64,000 bases of DNA. Source: Actinomycetota bacterium. GTDB taxonomy: Bacteria > Actinomycetota > CADDZG01 > JAHWKV01. A model generated the notes under the pieces. The model ran no database searches, was not told the origin of the DNA, and saw only the letters and a program-made list of their open reading frames with translations. A program made the translations under genes and the position numbers. Shown here in pieces: positions 30,970 to 40,394 of this stretch. Location of the stretch: positions 12,552 to 76,551 of the forward strand of contig DATACZ010000026.1 in assembly GCA_036258795.1 (NCBI GenBank), given 5' to 3'. Every line of letters begins with the position of its first letter. The stretch's first letter is position 1.

Positions 30970-32133
30970 ATGCAAGCGCAGTTTGACAAGCTTTCCACCA
31001 AGATTCTTGCCGGCGTGTCGGCCGTAGGTCTTCTGGTCGCCTCATTCTTTTTTGGCTACGGCGTCGGAACATCCAATCCTCGCCGGGAATCTAACTTTGA
31101 GCTCCTCGAGGAGGCTAAGAGTCGAATCGAGGCCTCCGCGCTGGTCAAGCCGGATGAGAAGCTCCTGCTCCAGGGCGCGGTGCGGGGCATGCTTCAGGGA
31201 CTGGATGATCCCCACGTCGGATACATGACCCGTGAGGCTTACCGGGCGTTTGGTGAGGAGCTGCTGACCGGACAGTTCTCCGGAGTTGGTGTCTGGCTGA
31301 GCATGGAGGGAGGCGTGCCCAAGATTGTCTCAGTTCTCCAGGGCAGCCCAGCCTCCGCGGCCGGCGTAAGTGTCGGGGATGTGATCAGGGCGGTGGACCG
31401 CAAGCCGGTGAAGGGGCTCACTCTCGACGAGATTGCCCAGAAGATTCAGGGAAAGGTGGGCACGAGGGTTCACATGGAGGTAAGCCGAGGAGAGCAGCAG
31501 CTGGGCTTCAGTCTCCAGCGTGAGAAGCTCGACGTGCCGTCGGTGACCTCGAGCCTCAAAGGCGAGGTGGGAATGATCGAGCTGGTGTCCTTTATCGGTG
31601 GTGCGGGGCAAAAGGTGCGCGAAGCCGTTCAGTCGCTCCAAAGCCGCGGAGCCAAGGGTTTCATTCTCGATATGAGAGGTAATCCGGGAGGATCTCTCCA
31701 GGAGGCCGTCGACGTGGCCAGCGTCTTTTTGGACGGTGGAAAGGTCGTCTCGTACCGGGAGCGGGGCAAACCGGAGTTCACCTACGAGGCCCGTGGGTCG
31801 GCTGCTACTGCACTTCCTCTGGTGATCCTTGTGGACGAGGGTTCTGCCAGCGCATCCGAGATCGTGGCCGGTGCCGTACAGGACCGCCAGCGTGGACTGA
31901 TCGTGGGAACCGAGACGTACAAGAAGGGCTCCGTGCAGCAGATATTCGGTCTTTCAGATGGTTCCGCCATAAAGCTCACGATTGCCTCTTACTTCACACC
32001 TTCGGGAAGAGCAATTGGAGAGCGTGGAGTGGTGCCCGATGTCAGAGTCGCCGAGCGGGATCAGCAGCTGCCTCGGGCGAATGAGATCCTTTCGGGCATA
32101 GTGGCCCAGAACGCAGTTCCCGGACCGGGTTGA
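30970..32133 (+). CDS. S41 family C-terminal processing peptidase (PDZ + S41)
   Basis: N-terminal TM, a PDZ-like segment, 'DMRGNPGGSL' S41 motif. Confidence 0.85.
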   Translation: MQAQFDKLSTKILAGVSAVGLLVASFFFGYGVGTSNPRRESNFELLEEAKSRIEASALVKPDEKLLLQGAVRGMLQGLDDPHVGYMTREAYRAFGEELLTGQFSGVGVWLSMEGGVPKIVSVLQGSPASAAGVSVGDVIRAVDRKPVKGLTLDEIAQKIQGKVGTRVHMEVSRGEQQLGFSLQREKLDVPSVTSSLKGEVGMIELVSFIGGAGQKVREAVQSLQSRGAKGFILDMRGNPGGSLQEAVDVASVFLDGGKVVSYRERGKPEFTYEARGSAATALPLVILVDEGSASASEIVAGAVQDRQRGLIVGTETYKKGSVQQIFGLSDGSAIKLTIASYFTPSGRAIGERGVVPDVRVAERDQQLPRANEILSGIVAQNAVPGPG

Positions 32134-32155
32134 CAAGGGACGAGCCCTTCGGAGA

Positions 32156-32635
32156 GTGACGAAGAAGTCCAAGAAGTCAAAATCGTCGGGTGTCTCGGCG
32201 GTAAACAACCCCAAGGCCCGTCACGACTACACGATCCTCGACTCGTTTGAGGCGGGCATGGTCCTGACCGGTAGCGAGGTGAAGTCTCTGCGCCAAGGTC
32301 AGGCCTCGCTTCGAGAGGCGTTCGCGGTAATAAGGGACGGCGAGGTCTTCCTCATTGGAATGAATATTGCCCCCTATGCGCAGGCAGGCTATGCACAGCA
32401 CGAGCCGACCCGCAAGCGCAAGCTCTTGCTACACAAGGATCAGATCGAGCGTCTAATTGGAAAGACGGCCGAGAAGGGCCTCACTCTGGTGCCGCTTCGC
32501 TGTTACTTCAGCCACGGACTGGCCAAGCTCGAGCTTGGTCTGGCAAGAGGCAAGAAGCAATACGACCGCCGGGAGGACCTCAAAGCAAAGGACGCCAAGA
32601 TGCAGATCGACCGAGCGCTCGGTCGCCGGCGCTGA
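32156..32635 (+). CDS. smpB: SsrA-binding protein
   Basis: 'NPKARHDYTILDSFEAGMVLTGSEVKSLRQG' is the canonical SmpB sequence. Confidence 0.95.
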   Translation: MTKKSKKSKSSGVSAVNNPKARHDYTILDSFEAGMVLTGSEVKSLRQGQASLREAFAVIRDGEVFLIGMNIAPYAQAGYAQHEPTRKRKLLLHKDQIERLIGKTAEKGLTLVPLRCYFSHGLAKLELGLARGKKQYDRREDLKAKDAKMQIDRALGRRR

Positions 32636-32701
32636 GATCAGGAATTTTCTGAGGTCCTTGTGGCGTTACACTTGGTAATTAGCACCTTTACAACCAAGCC
32701 A

Positions 32702-33060
32702 GGGGGCGAAACTGGTTTCGAGGCCGGTCGTTTCGTCTGGAGGAAGCGGGTCGAGGTCAGGGATCCTCGTTAAACCTGCCTGAACAATTAACTGAAACGT
32801 CGCTGCATAAGCGAGTTCCCATCTAGATAGAGATGGGCGTTCCACCCGGAAGGGCCTGCGGTCCGGGATGGGGCGTCATGCAGCAGGCTGGCTCTTGTCA
32901 CCCCCCGCCGGGCGGGGTGCAGAGTGAGACCAAAGTCCGGCTGGGCTCCGGCGAGCCTGCCTGCGGCAGTCGCCGGGTCGAGAGGTAAAAGCAGGCTATG
33001 CCCGTAGAAGCCCCAGAGGAGAGCTGTGTCGACGGGGGTTCGAATCCCCCCGCCTCCACA
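32702..33060 (+). ncRNA. ssrA: Transfer-messenger RNA (tmRNA)
   Basis: 5' GGGGGCGAAACUGGUUUCGA pairs with 3' ...GGGGGUUCGAAUCCCCCCGCCUCCA (T-arm and acceptor). Lies immediately downstream of smpB. The internal '...GUCGCUGCAUAAGCGAG' resembles the actinobacterial '...GCUGCCUAAGCGACG' tag end. Confidence 0.85.
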
Positions 33061-33373
33061 ATTACATAGATGTATTTGCGTGAGAGCTTTATGTCTTACT
33101 AGCTCCTGCTCCAATGTCTCTAACACTTGACCGGCTTGGGCTCGTCGGTGACAGGGCCATCAGGCCGTGGCTTCCGCATTCCGGCACTGCGTCCAGGTCC
33201 AACGGGCCAATATTTCAGGCGGCACCTGGGTAACTAAGTAATACAGCGGCCTTTCGGTCGATCAGGAAAGCGCACTCCGATCGGCCACCTTCTTCAAATA
33301 CGCACAGAGCAAACAACTCGAAGCCGAAGCGCTGGTTCTCATATCGGGGAAAGAGCGGAGGTGTCTGTAGGCC

Positions 33374-34534
33374 TTGCGAATTGCCCTGTTGTCGTGGGAG
33401 TCACTCCATTCGATATCAATCGGGGGCGTAGGCGTCCACGTCACTGAGCTAGCGGCAGCCCTGGATCGGAAGGGCCATGAGGTGCATGTCTTCACGCGCA
33501 TGGGTAATGGCCAGACCCAGCTGGATCAGATTCACGGAGTCTGGTACCACCGCTGCCCCTTCGATCTCAACGCGGACTTCGTTGAGGAAATCGTCAACAT
33601 GTGCCGGTCGATCGTCCATCACGTGCACTCCACAGAGGCTTATATGGGTGCAACTTTCGACGTCATCCACGCCCACGACTGGCTGGCGGCGCTGGCCATG
33701 GCATGGATCCGACAGAGCGGCAGGAAGGCCATCCTCACCATGCACTCCACCGAGTACGGCCGCTGTGGGAATCACTTCAGCGGGGGAGACTCTGACCGTA
33801 TCCGGGAGATCGAGAGATATGGGACCTTTTGCGCAGACCGGGTGATTGCCGTGTCCCATGCCCTGAAGGATGAGCTTCAGTGGATGTACAACCTACCGGA
33901 CTGGAAGGTGGAGACCATCTACAACGGCGTCTCGATCGATGCATACAACGGGTGGATCCCAGATGCCGGTGAGATCCGGCAGAGCTACGGGATTGGGCCC
34001 ACCGACCCCACGGTTCTTTTCGCCGGAAGGATGGCCTACCAGAAAGGGCCGGACCTCCTGGTGGAGGCGATTCCGATGGTCCTTCACCATCATCCCCAAA
34101 CCAAATTCGTCTTCGCCGGTGACGGTCACATGAAAGGGCATTGTGAAGCCAGGGCCTACCAATTGGGAGCGGCCCACGCATGCACCTTTCTTGGTCAGCG
34201 GGGAGGAATAGAGCTCACGAACCTTTTCAAGATCAGTGATGCGGTGTGCGTGCCCAGCCGCAACGAGCCGTTTGGCATCACAGTGCTCGAGGCGTGGAGC
34301 GCGGGAAAGCCCGTGGTGGCGTCGAGCAGTGGGGGGCCCGGCGAGTTTGTCTGGCATGAAGTGACCGGCCTCCAGGTTTACCCGGATCCCAGCTCCATCG
34401 CTTGGGGCATAGGGACTCTCTTCACAAACTTCGAATGGGCCCGCTGGATGGGAGGAAACGGCCGGGAAAGCGTCGAGTCGGTGTTCAACTGGGATCAGGT
34501 TGCCGAGCAGGTGGAAGCTCTCTACAGCCAGTAG
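33374..34534 (+). CDS. GT4 glycosyltransferase (glycogen-synthase-like alpha-glucosyltransferase), TTG start
   Basis: 'MRIALLSWESLHSISIGGVGVHVTELAAALDRKGHEVHVFT' and a C-terminal GT-B fold with E-x7-E. Confidence 0.8.
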   Translation: MRIALLSWESLHSISIGGVGVHVTELAAALDRKGHEVHVFTRMGNGQTQLDQIHGVWYHRCPFDLNADFVEEIVNMCRSIVHHVHSTEAYMGATFDVIHAHDWLAALAMAWIRQSGRKAILTMHSTEYGRCGNHFSGGDSDRIREIERYGTFCADRVIAVSHALKDELQWMYNLPDWKVETIYNGVSIDAYNGWIPDAGEIRQSYGIGPTDPTVLFAGRMAYQKGPDLLVEAIPMVLHHHPQTKFVFAGDGHMKGHCEARAYQLGAAHACTFLGQRGGIELTNLFKISDAVCVPSRNEPFGITVLEAWSAGKPVVASSSGGPGEFVWHEVTGLQVYPDPSSIAWGIGTLFTNFEWARWMGGNGRESVESVFNWDQVAEQVEALYSQ

Positions 34535-34551
34535 TGGATGAGGTGAACAAG

Positions 34552-35175
34552 ATGAGCAAGAAGAACGCTGAGGCCGGATATCCAGAGGACGCCGGGGCGT
34601 TGCCCTCCACATATGGCGAGACCATGGTGCTGGTGGTTCCGGTCGACCCCACCGTTGCCCATGTGTACTGGGATGTTTCGCTCGCCGACTTGGAAAGGTC
34701 CGGCTCGGCCCAGGCCGTCCTGAGGTTTTATGACATTGACGGTGAAGACTTTGATGGGACTAACGCCCGAGGATTTTTTGATTTGGCTGTCGATCTCGAG
34801 GCCAGAAGCTCTTATGCGTCGCTGGGAGGCACCGCAAGGTCTTGCCAGGTCGACCTGGGCTTCGTAGCAAAGGATGGGCGTTTCGTCACGCTGGCCCGAT
34901 CAAATACCGTCCAGTTGCCCCGCTCCGGGCCGTCCCCTAGGAAAGAAGACCGCTACATAGTGGTGAGAGGCGACGAGGAGGAGGAGGCGGCACAGGGGGA
35001 ACGAGCCTCCACCGACAAAGCGGAGCAGACTGTCCGTCGGGAACCGGAGGTCGGCGTTCCCGTCTCAGTCGACCGGCCGACGATTGCGGCCAGAGCTGAG
35101 TCTCAAGAAGAAACGAACGAAGATCTCACTGAGTTGAGTGAACGGTCATTCGAGTCGGGCCTCTCGTCGGCCTGA
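34552..35175 (+). CDS. DUF4912-like protein (accompanies GH57 genes)
   Basis: An ATG at 34552 lies 15 nt after the GT4 stop. 'MVLVVPVDPTVAHVYWDV' matches the DUF4912 pattern (from memory). Acidic C-terminus. Confidence 0.45.
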   Translation: MSKKNAEAGYPEDAGALPSTYGETMVLVVPVDPTVAHVYWDVSLADLERSGSAQAVLRFYDIDGEDFDGTNARGFFDLAVDLEARSSYASLGGTARSCQVDLGFVAKDGRFVTLARSNTVQLPRSGPSPRKEDRYIVVRGDEEEEAAQGERASTDKAEQTVRREPEVGVPVSVDRPTIAARAESQEETNEDLTELSERSFESGLSSA

Positions 35176-35253
35176 TCGGATGGGGAAGCGCCGCACCTTC
35201 GTAGAGGCCGGTCCGCTCCGGGCTCGACTGGCACAATCCGGAGACCTCCTCTA

Positions 35254-38200
35254 ATGGAAAAGGGCTCTCTGGCGATGGTGCTTCATGCCCATCTTCCATA
35301 TGTCGGGCACTCTGCCGCCGAGGATTCCGTCGAACGGCATTGGCTCTATGAGGCGATGACCGAGAGCTACATCCCGCTCCTGCTTGCCTTGGAGCGCCTC
35401 GCCGACGGCGGCATCGACTACCGGATTACCTTCTCCGTGACTCCCAGCCTGGTCTCGATGCTAAGCGACCCACTCCTGCAATCCGGATACGAAAAGCGGT
35501 TGGAGCTATTGATCGAGCTGGCCGACAAGGAGATGGCGCGAACAAGGCGACAGCCGAAGCTCCATGCTTTGGCGTCGATGTACCGGCGGTTGCTGGCTCA
35601 AACGCATGACGTGTTCGTCAATCGCTACGGCAGGAATCTGGTCCAGGCATGGAAAGCGCTTCAGGAAAGTGGCCATGTCGAGATCCTCGCCAGCGCAGCC
35701 ACCCATGGCTATCTTCCGCTTCTTGCGGCCGTTCCCTCGGCGGTCGAAATGCAGATCCGAGTGGGTGTCCAGGAGTATCGGCGGGCATTCGGCCGAAAAC
35801 CGAAGGGGTTCTGGCTGCCGGAGTGCGGCTATTACTCGGGAGTGGACGAATTTCTTCGGGAGCAAAGAATCCGCTATACCGTTCTCGAAACTCACGGGAT
35901 CACCCGTGCCGACCCAAGGCCTCGCCATGGGGTATACGCACCCATCTATGCCTCAACCGGAGTGGCCATGTTTGGGCGCGATCCGGTGTCCACCAACCAA
36001 GTCTGGAGTCCAACGGATGGGTATCCTGGCGACCCGGCCTACCGCGAGTTCTACCGGGATGTCGGCTATGACCTCGATCTGGAATACGTCAGGCCATACG
36101 TGCACCGAGACGGCATCCGGCAGGACACGGGCCTCAAGTACTACAGCGTCACGGGGAAGACCAGACGAAAAAAGCTCTACGTGCCCGAGGAGGCTGAGCG
36201 GAAAGCCGAGCTACACGCCCGAGAATTTGCGGCGGGCAAGGAGAAGCAGGTCCAGCTTCTGGCCGCGAGCATGGACCGGAAGCCGCTCATATTGGCAGCG
36301 TACGACGCCGAGCTGTTCGGTCACTGGTGGTTCGAGGGGCCCAAGTGGCTTGAACAGCTGATTTGTAACCTTGCCACAGATAACAAGGGCGTCCGAATGA
36401 CCACACTGTCCGAGTATCTGGACGCGTACCCGGAGAACCCGTTGGCTTCCCCCGCCGTGTCCAGCTGGGGGAACGACGGGTTTCACGAGTCGTGGCTCAA
36501 CGAAAGCAATGATTGGATTTACCCGCATCTCCATAGAGCAGCCCGAGCCATGGAAGATCTAGCAAACGGTGATGCCCGGGCCGGGAGCTTGAGCGAAAGA
36601 GCTCAAGCGCAAGCTCTCAGGGAGCTGCTTCTTGCTCAGTCGAGTGACTGGGCCTTCATGATCAACGCCGGAAAGATGGCTGAGTATGGGGCTGATAGGA
36701 CCAAGACTCACTTGCTTCGTTTCCAAAGTCTTCACAACCAGATCAAGCGGGCGACTATAGACGAGACCTGGCTTGCAAAGGTCGAAGACGAAGACCGACT
36801 CTTTCCAGACCTAGAGGTCCCCCTGGCACTATCCCACTCCAACCACCGGGCCACATTCGGATCAGCAGCGGACCGAGAGCCCGCTGCATTGCAGACCGGT
36901 GTGACGGCAACGGCCGCAGGAGCGGCAAAAAGCAAGGCGCATTCTCGGAGTGAGGTCACCCGTCTTTCGACTGCGGACGTCCAGCTGTTCCTGGCCGGAT
37001 CTCATCCCCACATCCAAGAAAAGTTGGGGGCACACCGGATGACGGTGGAGGGAGTCCAGGGAACGTACTTTGCCGTGTGGGCACCCGGTGCCGAAACGGT
37101 GTCGGTGATAGGAGACTTCAACCGCTGGGAACCCGCCGCCAACGTACTGGCGCCACACGACAGGTCGGGAATTTGGGAAGGCTTTATCCCGGATGTCGGC
37201 AAGGGCAGTCGCTACAAGTTCCACGTCACCTCACCCCATCACGGCTATCGGGCCGACAAGGCCGATCCATTCGCATTCTTCAGTGAGGTCTCTCCAGGCA
37301 CGGCCTCAGTGGTGTGGGACCTTGCCTACCGATGGGGGGACCAGGAGTGGATGGAAACTCGCGGTCGCCACAACGCCCTGAACGCTCCCATATCCATCTA
37401 CGAGCTTCACCTGGGCTCCTGGAAGCGCAGGCCCGCCGATAACGCCAGCCGCCCGCTCACGTACCGTGAGCTCGCACCCAGGCTGACGGAGTACGTCAAT
37501 TCCATGGGCTTCACCCACGTGGAGTTCATGCCCGTCATGGAGCACCCCTTCTACGGCTCCTGGGGCTATCACGTGACCGGCTACTTTGCTCCCACAAGCC
37601 GCTACGGCACGCCGCAGGACCTCATGTACTTGATAGACCACCTCCACCAGGCCGGAATCGGGGTGATACTGGATTGGGTCCCCTCGCACTTCCCCAGAGA
37701 CGAGCATGGGTTGGGCTACTTCGACGGCACCCACCTATACGAGCACCAGGATCCACGGCAGGCCATACACCCCGAGTGGAACAGCTTCATCTTCAACTAT
37801 GGGCGTCCGGAGGTCTGCAGCTTCTTGATATCCAATGCCGAACATTGGCTTTCCGCCTACCACGCCGACGGCATCAGAGTGGATGCGGTCGCTTCGATGC
37901 TCTATCTGGATTATGCGCGCCAGCCGGGAGAATGGATTCCCAATCGCATGGGAGGAAGGGAAAACCTCGAGGCGATCGACTTCTTGAAGCGCCTAAACGA
38001 GCAGGTACGTTTCAACCATCCCGAAGTGCAGATGATCGCCGAGGAGTCCACTGCCTGGCCGATGGTTTCCAGGCCTGTTCATGTAGGAGGACTCGGCTTC
38101 GGTCTCAAGTGGGACATGGGTTGGATGCACGACACGCTTCATTACATGAGCAAAGACCCCATTCATCGAAGCCACCACCACAACGAGCTGACCTTTCGCA

Positions 38201-38856
38201 TGCTCTATGCGTTCAACGAGAACTTCATCCTGCCCTTGTCCCACGACGAGGTGGTGCACGGAAAGAGCTCCCTGGTGGGGCGCATGCCAGGAGATGAGTG
38301 GCAGCGCTACGCGAACCTGCGCCTGCTATTCGGATACATGTACGCGCAGGCCGGTAAGAAGATGCTGTTCATGGGGGGAGAGTTTGGCCAAGTGTCCGAG
38401 TGGAAGCACGATGGGGAGCTCGAGTGGGATGCCCTCGCCTATCCAACACATGCGGGGACGCAGCTCTGGGTGATGGGTCTCAACCGTCTCTACAGGGAGG
38501 AAGCCGCTCTGCACCAGCTCGACTGCGACCCTGAGGGCTTCGAGTGGGTGGACGCGGACGACAGCGAAAGGAGCATCATCAGCTTTATTCGCAGAGGGTC
38601 TTCCTTCGGCGACCTGTTCCTGTTCGTAGGCAACTTCACTCCGGTGCCGCGATTTGAGCACTTGATAGGCGTTCCCAGGGGTGGGCCATGGCGGGTGGTC
38701 CTGAACAGTGACGGCAGGCAGTACGGTGGCACGGGGTTCGGTGCCGTTGGCGACATCCAAGCGATGCCGGATACCGCGAACGGCCGGGTTCACTCCATCA
38801 AGCTGACCCTTCCGCCTCTTGCTTGCCTGTTTTTGAAGAGTTCGGCCGCCTCATGA
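35254..38856 (+). CDS. glgB: Fusion protein: N-terminal GH57 domain (~540 aa) + C-terminal GH13 1,4-alpha-glucan branching enzyme GlgB (CBM48 + catalytic + C-domain)
   Basis: The N-terminus 'MVLHAHLPYVGHS' is the GH57 signature. From ~aa 560, 'VQGTYFAVWAPGAETVSVIGDFNRWE' (CBM48) and 'GVILDWVPSHFPRDEHGLGYFDGTHLYEH' (GH13 GlgB) follow. A single uninterrupted 1200-aa ORF. Confidence 0.85.
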   Translation: MEKGSLAMVLHAHLPYVGHSAAEDSVERHWLYEAMTESYIPLLLALERLADGGIDYRITFSVTPSLVSMLSDPLLQSGYEKRLELLIELADKEMARTRRQPKLHALASMYRRLLAQTHDVFVNRYGRNLVQAWKALQESGHVEILASAATHGYLPLLAAVPSAVEMQIRVGVQEYRRAFGRKPKGFWLPECGYYSGVDEFLREQRIRYTVLETHGITRADPRPRHGVYAPIYASTGVAMFGRDPVSTNQVWSPTDGYPGDPAYREFYRDVGYDLDLEYVRPYVHRDGIRQDTGLKYYSVTGKTRRKKLYVPEEAERKAELHAREFAAGKEKQVQLLAASMDRKPLILAAYDAELFGHWWFEGPKWLEQLICNLATDNKGVRMTTLSEYLDAYPENPLASPAVSSWGNDGFHESWLNESNDWIYPHLHRAARAMEDLANGDARAGSLSERAQAQALRELLLAQSSDWAFMINAGKMAEYGADRTKTHLLRFQSLHNQIKRATIDETWLAKVEDEDRLFPDLEVPLALSHSNHRATFGSAADREPAALQTGVTATAAGAAKSKAHSRSEVTRLSTADVQLFLAGSHPHIQEKLGAHRMTVEGVQGTYFAVWAPGAETVSVIGDFNRWEPAANVLAPHDRSGIWEGFIPDVGKGSRYKFHVTSPHHGYRADKADPFAFFSEVSPGTASVVWDLAYRWGDQEWMETRGRHNALNAPISIYELHLGSWKRRPADNASRPLTYRELAPRLTEYVNSMGFTHVEFMPVMEHPFYGSWGYHVTGYFAPTSRYGTPQDLMYLIDHLHQAGIGVILDWVPSHFPRDEHGLGYFDGTHLYEHQDPRQAIHPEWNSFIFNYGRPEVCSFLISNAEHWLSAYHADGIRVDAVASMLYLDYARQPGEWIPNRMGGRENLEAIDFLKRLNEQVRFNHPEVQMIAEESTAWPMVSRPVHVGGLGFGLKWDMGWMHDTLHYMSKDPIHRSHHHNELTFRMLYAFNENFILPLSHDEVVHGKSSLVGRMPGDEWQRYANLRLLFGYMYAQAGKKMLFMGGEFGQVSEWKHDGELEWDALAYPTHAGTQLWVMGLNRLYREEAALHQLDCDPEGFEWVDADDSERSIISFIRRGSSFGDLFLFVGNFTPVPRFEHLIGVPRGGPWRVVLNSDGRQYGGTGFGAVGDIQAMPDTANGRVHSIKLTLPPLACLFLKSSAAS

Positions 38857-38878
38857 TGAGCGGCCTCGGGAGGAGAAG

Positions 38879-40339
38879 ATGCAAGAGCTGACCGAGTACG
38901 TTGAGGGCCTGCCGAATCTGTCCGGATCTGAGCAGTTGATCCAAGAGGCCATTGCCTCCGGGCGGGAGCGACCGGTGTTCCTGGGCCAGACCCCAGTCAA
39001 CATCGCCGACATCGACAGTGCGTTCGCCGTGGCCCTGCACATGCATCAGCCACTGATTCCTGCCGGCGGGCCGGATGTCAAGACTGCGGCAACCATCAGC
39101 AACCTGCAGTGGATGACCGAGAATCCCAGCCTGGGCGATAACCACAATGCCCCGGTGTTCCACTGGTGCTACAAGCGCATGGGCGAGTTCATCCCGCAGC
39201 TGATCGCTGAAGGCAAGCAGCCGCGGATCATGCTGGAGTACTCGGGGACCCTGCTCCACGGGATGCGGCGCATGGGCCTTAACGACGTGTTCGATGCTCT
39301 GAGGCCGGTCACCTGCGATCCCGATCTCAGATATGCGGTCGAGTGGCTCGGCTGCCCCTGGGGACACGCAGTCGCCCCCTCTACGCCGGTGCAGGACTAC
39401 CGGTTACACGTGCGAGCCTGGCAACATCACTTCGCCGCCATCTTCGGGCTGGATGCGCTCGGCAGGGTGCGTGGTTTCTCTCCCTCTGAGATGGCGCTGC
39501 CCAACCATCCCGATGTGGCTTACGAGTTTGTTAAGACCCTGAACGACTGCGGTTATCAGTGGGTGCTCGTCCAGGAGCACAGCGTCGAGCGTCCTGATGG
39601 AGGTCCGCTGGATGACAAGCACATCCCCCACCGTCTCGTCTGCACAAACTCCGAAGGAGAGACAGCGGAGATCGTGGCGGTCGTAAAGACTCAGGGCAGT
39701 GACACAAAGCTGGTGGCACAGATGCAGCCGTACTACGAGGCCAAGGGCCTGCAACGCTCCGACCTGGCCGGACGGGAGGTGCCGCCGCTCGTCACCCAGA
39801 TTGCGGACGGGGAAAACGGCGGGGTGATGATGAACGAGTTCCCTCCTAAGTACTTCGAGGTGGTCCGGGAGTGCTCCGGCTCACGCACGCCGATAATGAA
39901 TGTGACGGAGTATCTGGAGCAGGTGTTCGCTGCCGGGATCCAGCCTTCGGACCTGCCACCGATTCAGCCCCTCTTCCAGAACCGCATCTGGGACCGGATG
40001 GCGTCCGGCGAAGGCCCCGACCGGCTCTTTGAGGTCATCGAGCAGCTCCGGGCCGAGGATGGGCGTTTCCACATGGATGGTGGTAGCTGGACCAACGACA
40101 TCTCCTGGGTGCGGGGCTACGACCATGTGCTGATCCCGATGGACAAAGCCAGCTCACTCTTCCACGAGCAGGTCCTTACCCACGGCATTAGAACCGACGA
40201 TCCCCGCTACAGGTCTGGCCTGTTCCACCTGCTCACTGCGGAAACCAGCTGCTTTCGCTATTGGGGCGAAGGAGTTTGGACTGACTACGGCACCGAGCTG
40301 TCCCGTAGGGTCAACGACATAATCACCCACGACTTTTAA
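38879..40339 (+). CDS. Glycoside hydrolase family 57 protein
   Basis: 'FAVALHMHQPLIP' GH57 HxHQP motif. 486 aa. Confidence 0.8.
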   Translation: MQELTEYVEGLPNLSGSEQLIQEAIASGRERPVFLGQTPVNIADIDSAFAVALHMHQPLIPAGGPDVKTAATISNLQWMTENPSLGDNHNAPVFHWCYKRMGEFIPQLIAEGKQPRIMLEYSGTLLHGMRRMGLNDVFDALRPVTCDPDLRYAVEWLGCPWGHAVAPSTPVQDYRLHVRAWQHHFAAIFGLDALGRVRGFSPSEMALPNHPDVAYEFVKTLNDCGYQWVLVQEHSVERPDGGPLDDKHIPHRLVCTNSEGETAEIVAVVKTQGSDTKLVAQMQPYYEAKGLQRSDLAGREVPPLVTQIADGENGGVMMNEFPPKYFEVVRECSGSRTPIMNVTEYLEQVFAAGIQPSDLPPIQPLFQNRIWDRMASGEGPDRLFEVIEQLRAEDGRFHMDGGSWTNDISWVRGYDHVLIPMDKASSLFHEQVLTHGIRTDDPRYRSGLFHLLTAETSCFRYWGEGVWTDYGTELSRRVNDIITHDF

Positions 40340-40394
40340 AGGGCCATCAAGCCCTCACCGCATACGGAGCCGACCCCAGGTATAAATGACTCCC

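Noticed and set aside
33061-33373. Genomic-island boundary at ssrA 3' end (att duplication)
   Set aside because: The AT-richer 300-nt spacer after tmRNA and the downstream GH57 cluster suggested integration. I could not find a direct repeat of the tmRNA 3' end downstream by eye, and no integrase is present. Mentioned only as a check under the GH57 finding.
33262-33501. 79-aa minus-strand ORF overlapping the GT4 start
   Set aside because: Overlaps the TTG start and N-terminus of a well-supported GT4 gene, with no motif. Likely spurious.
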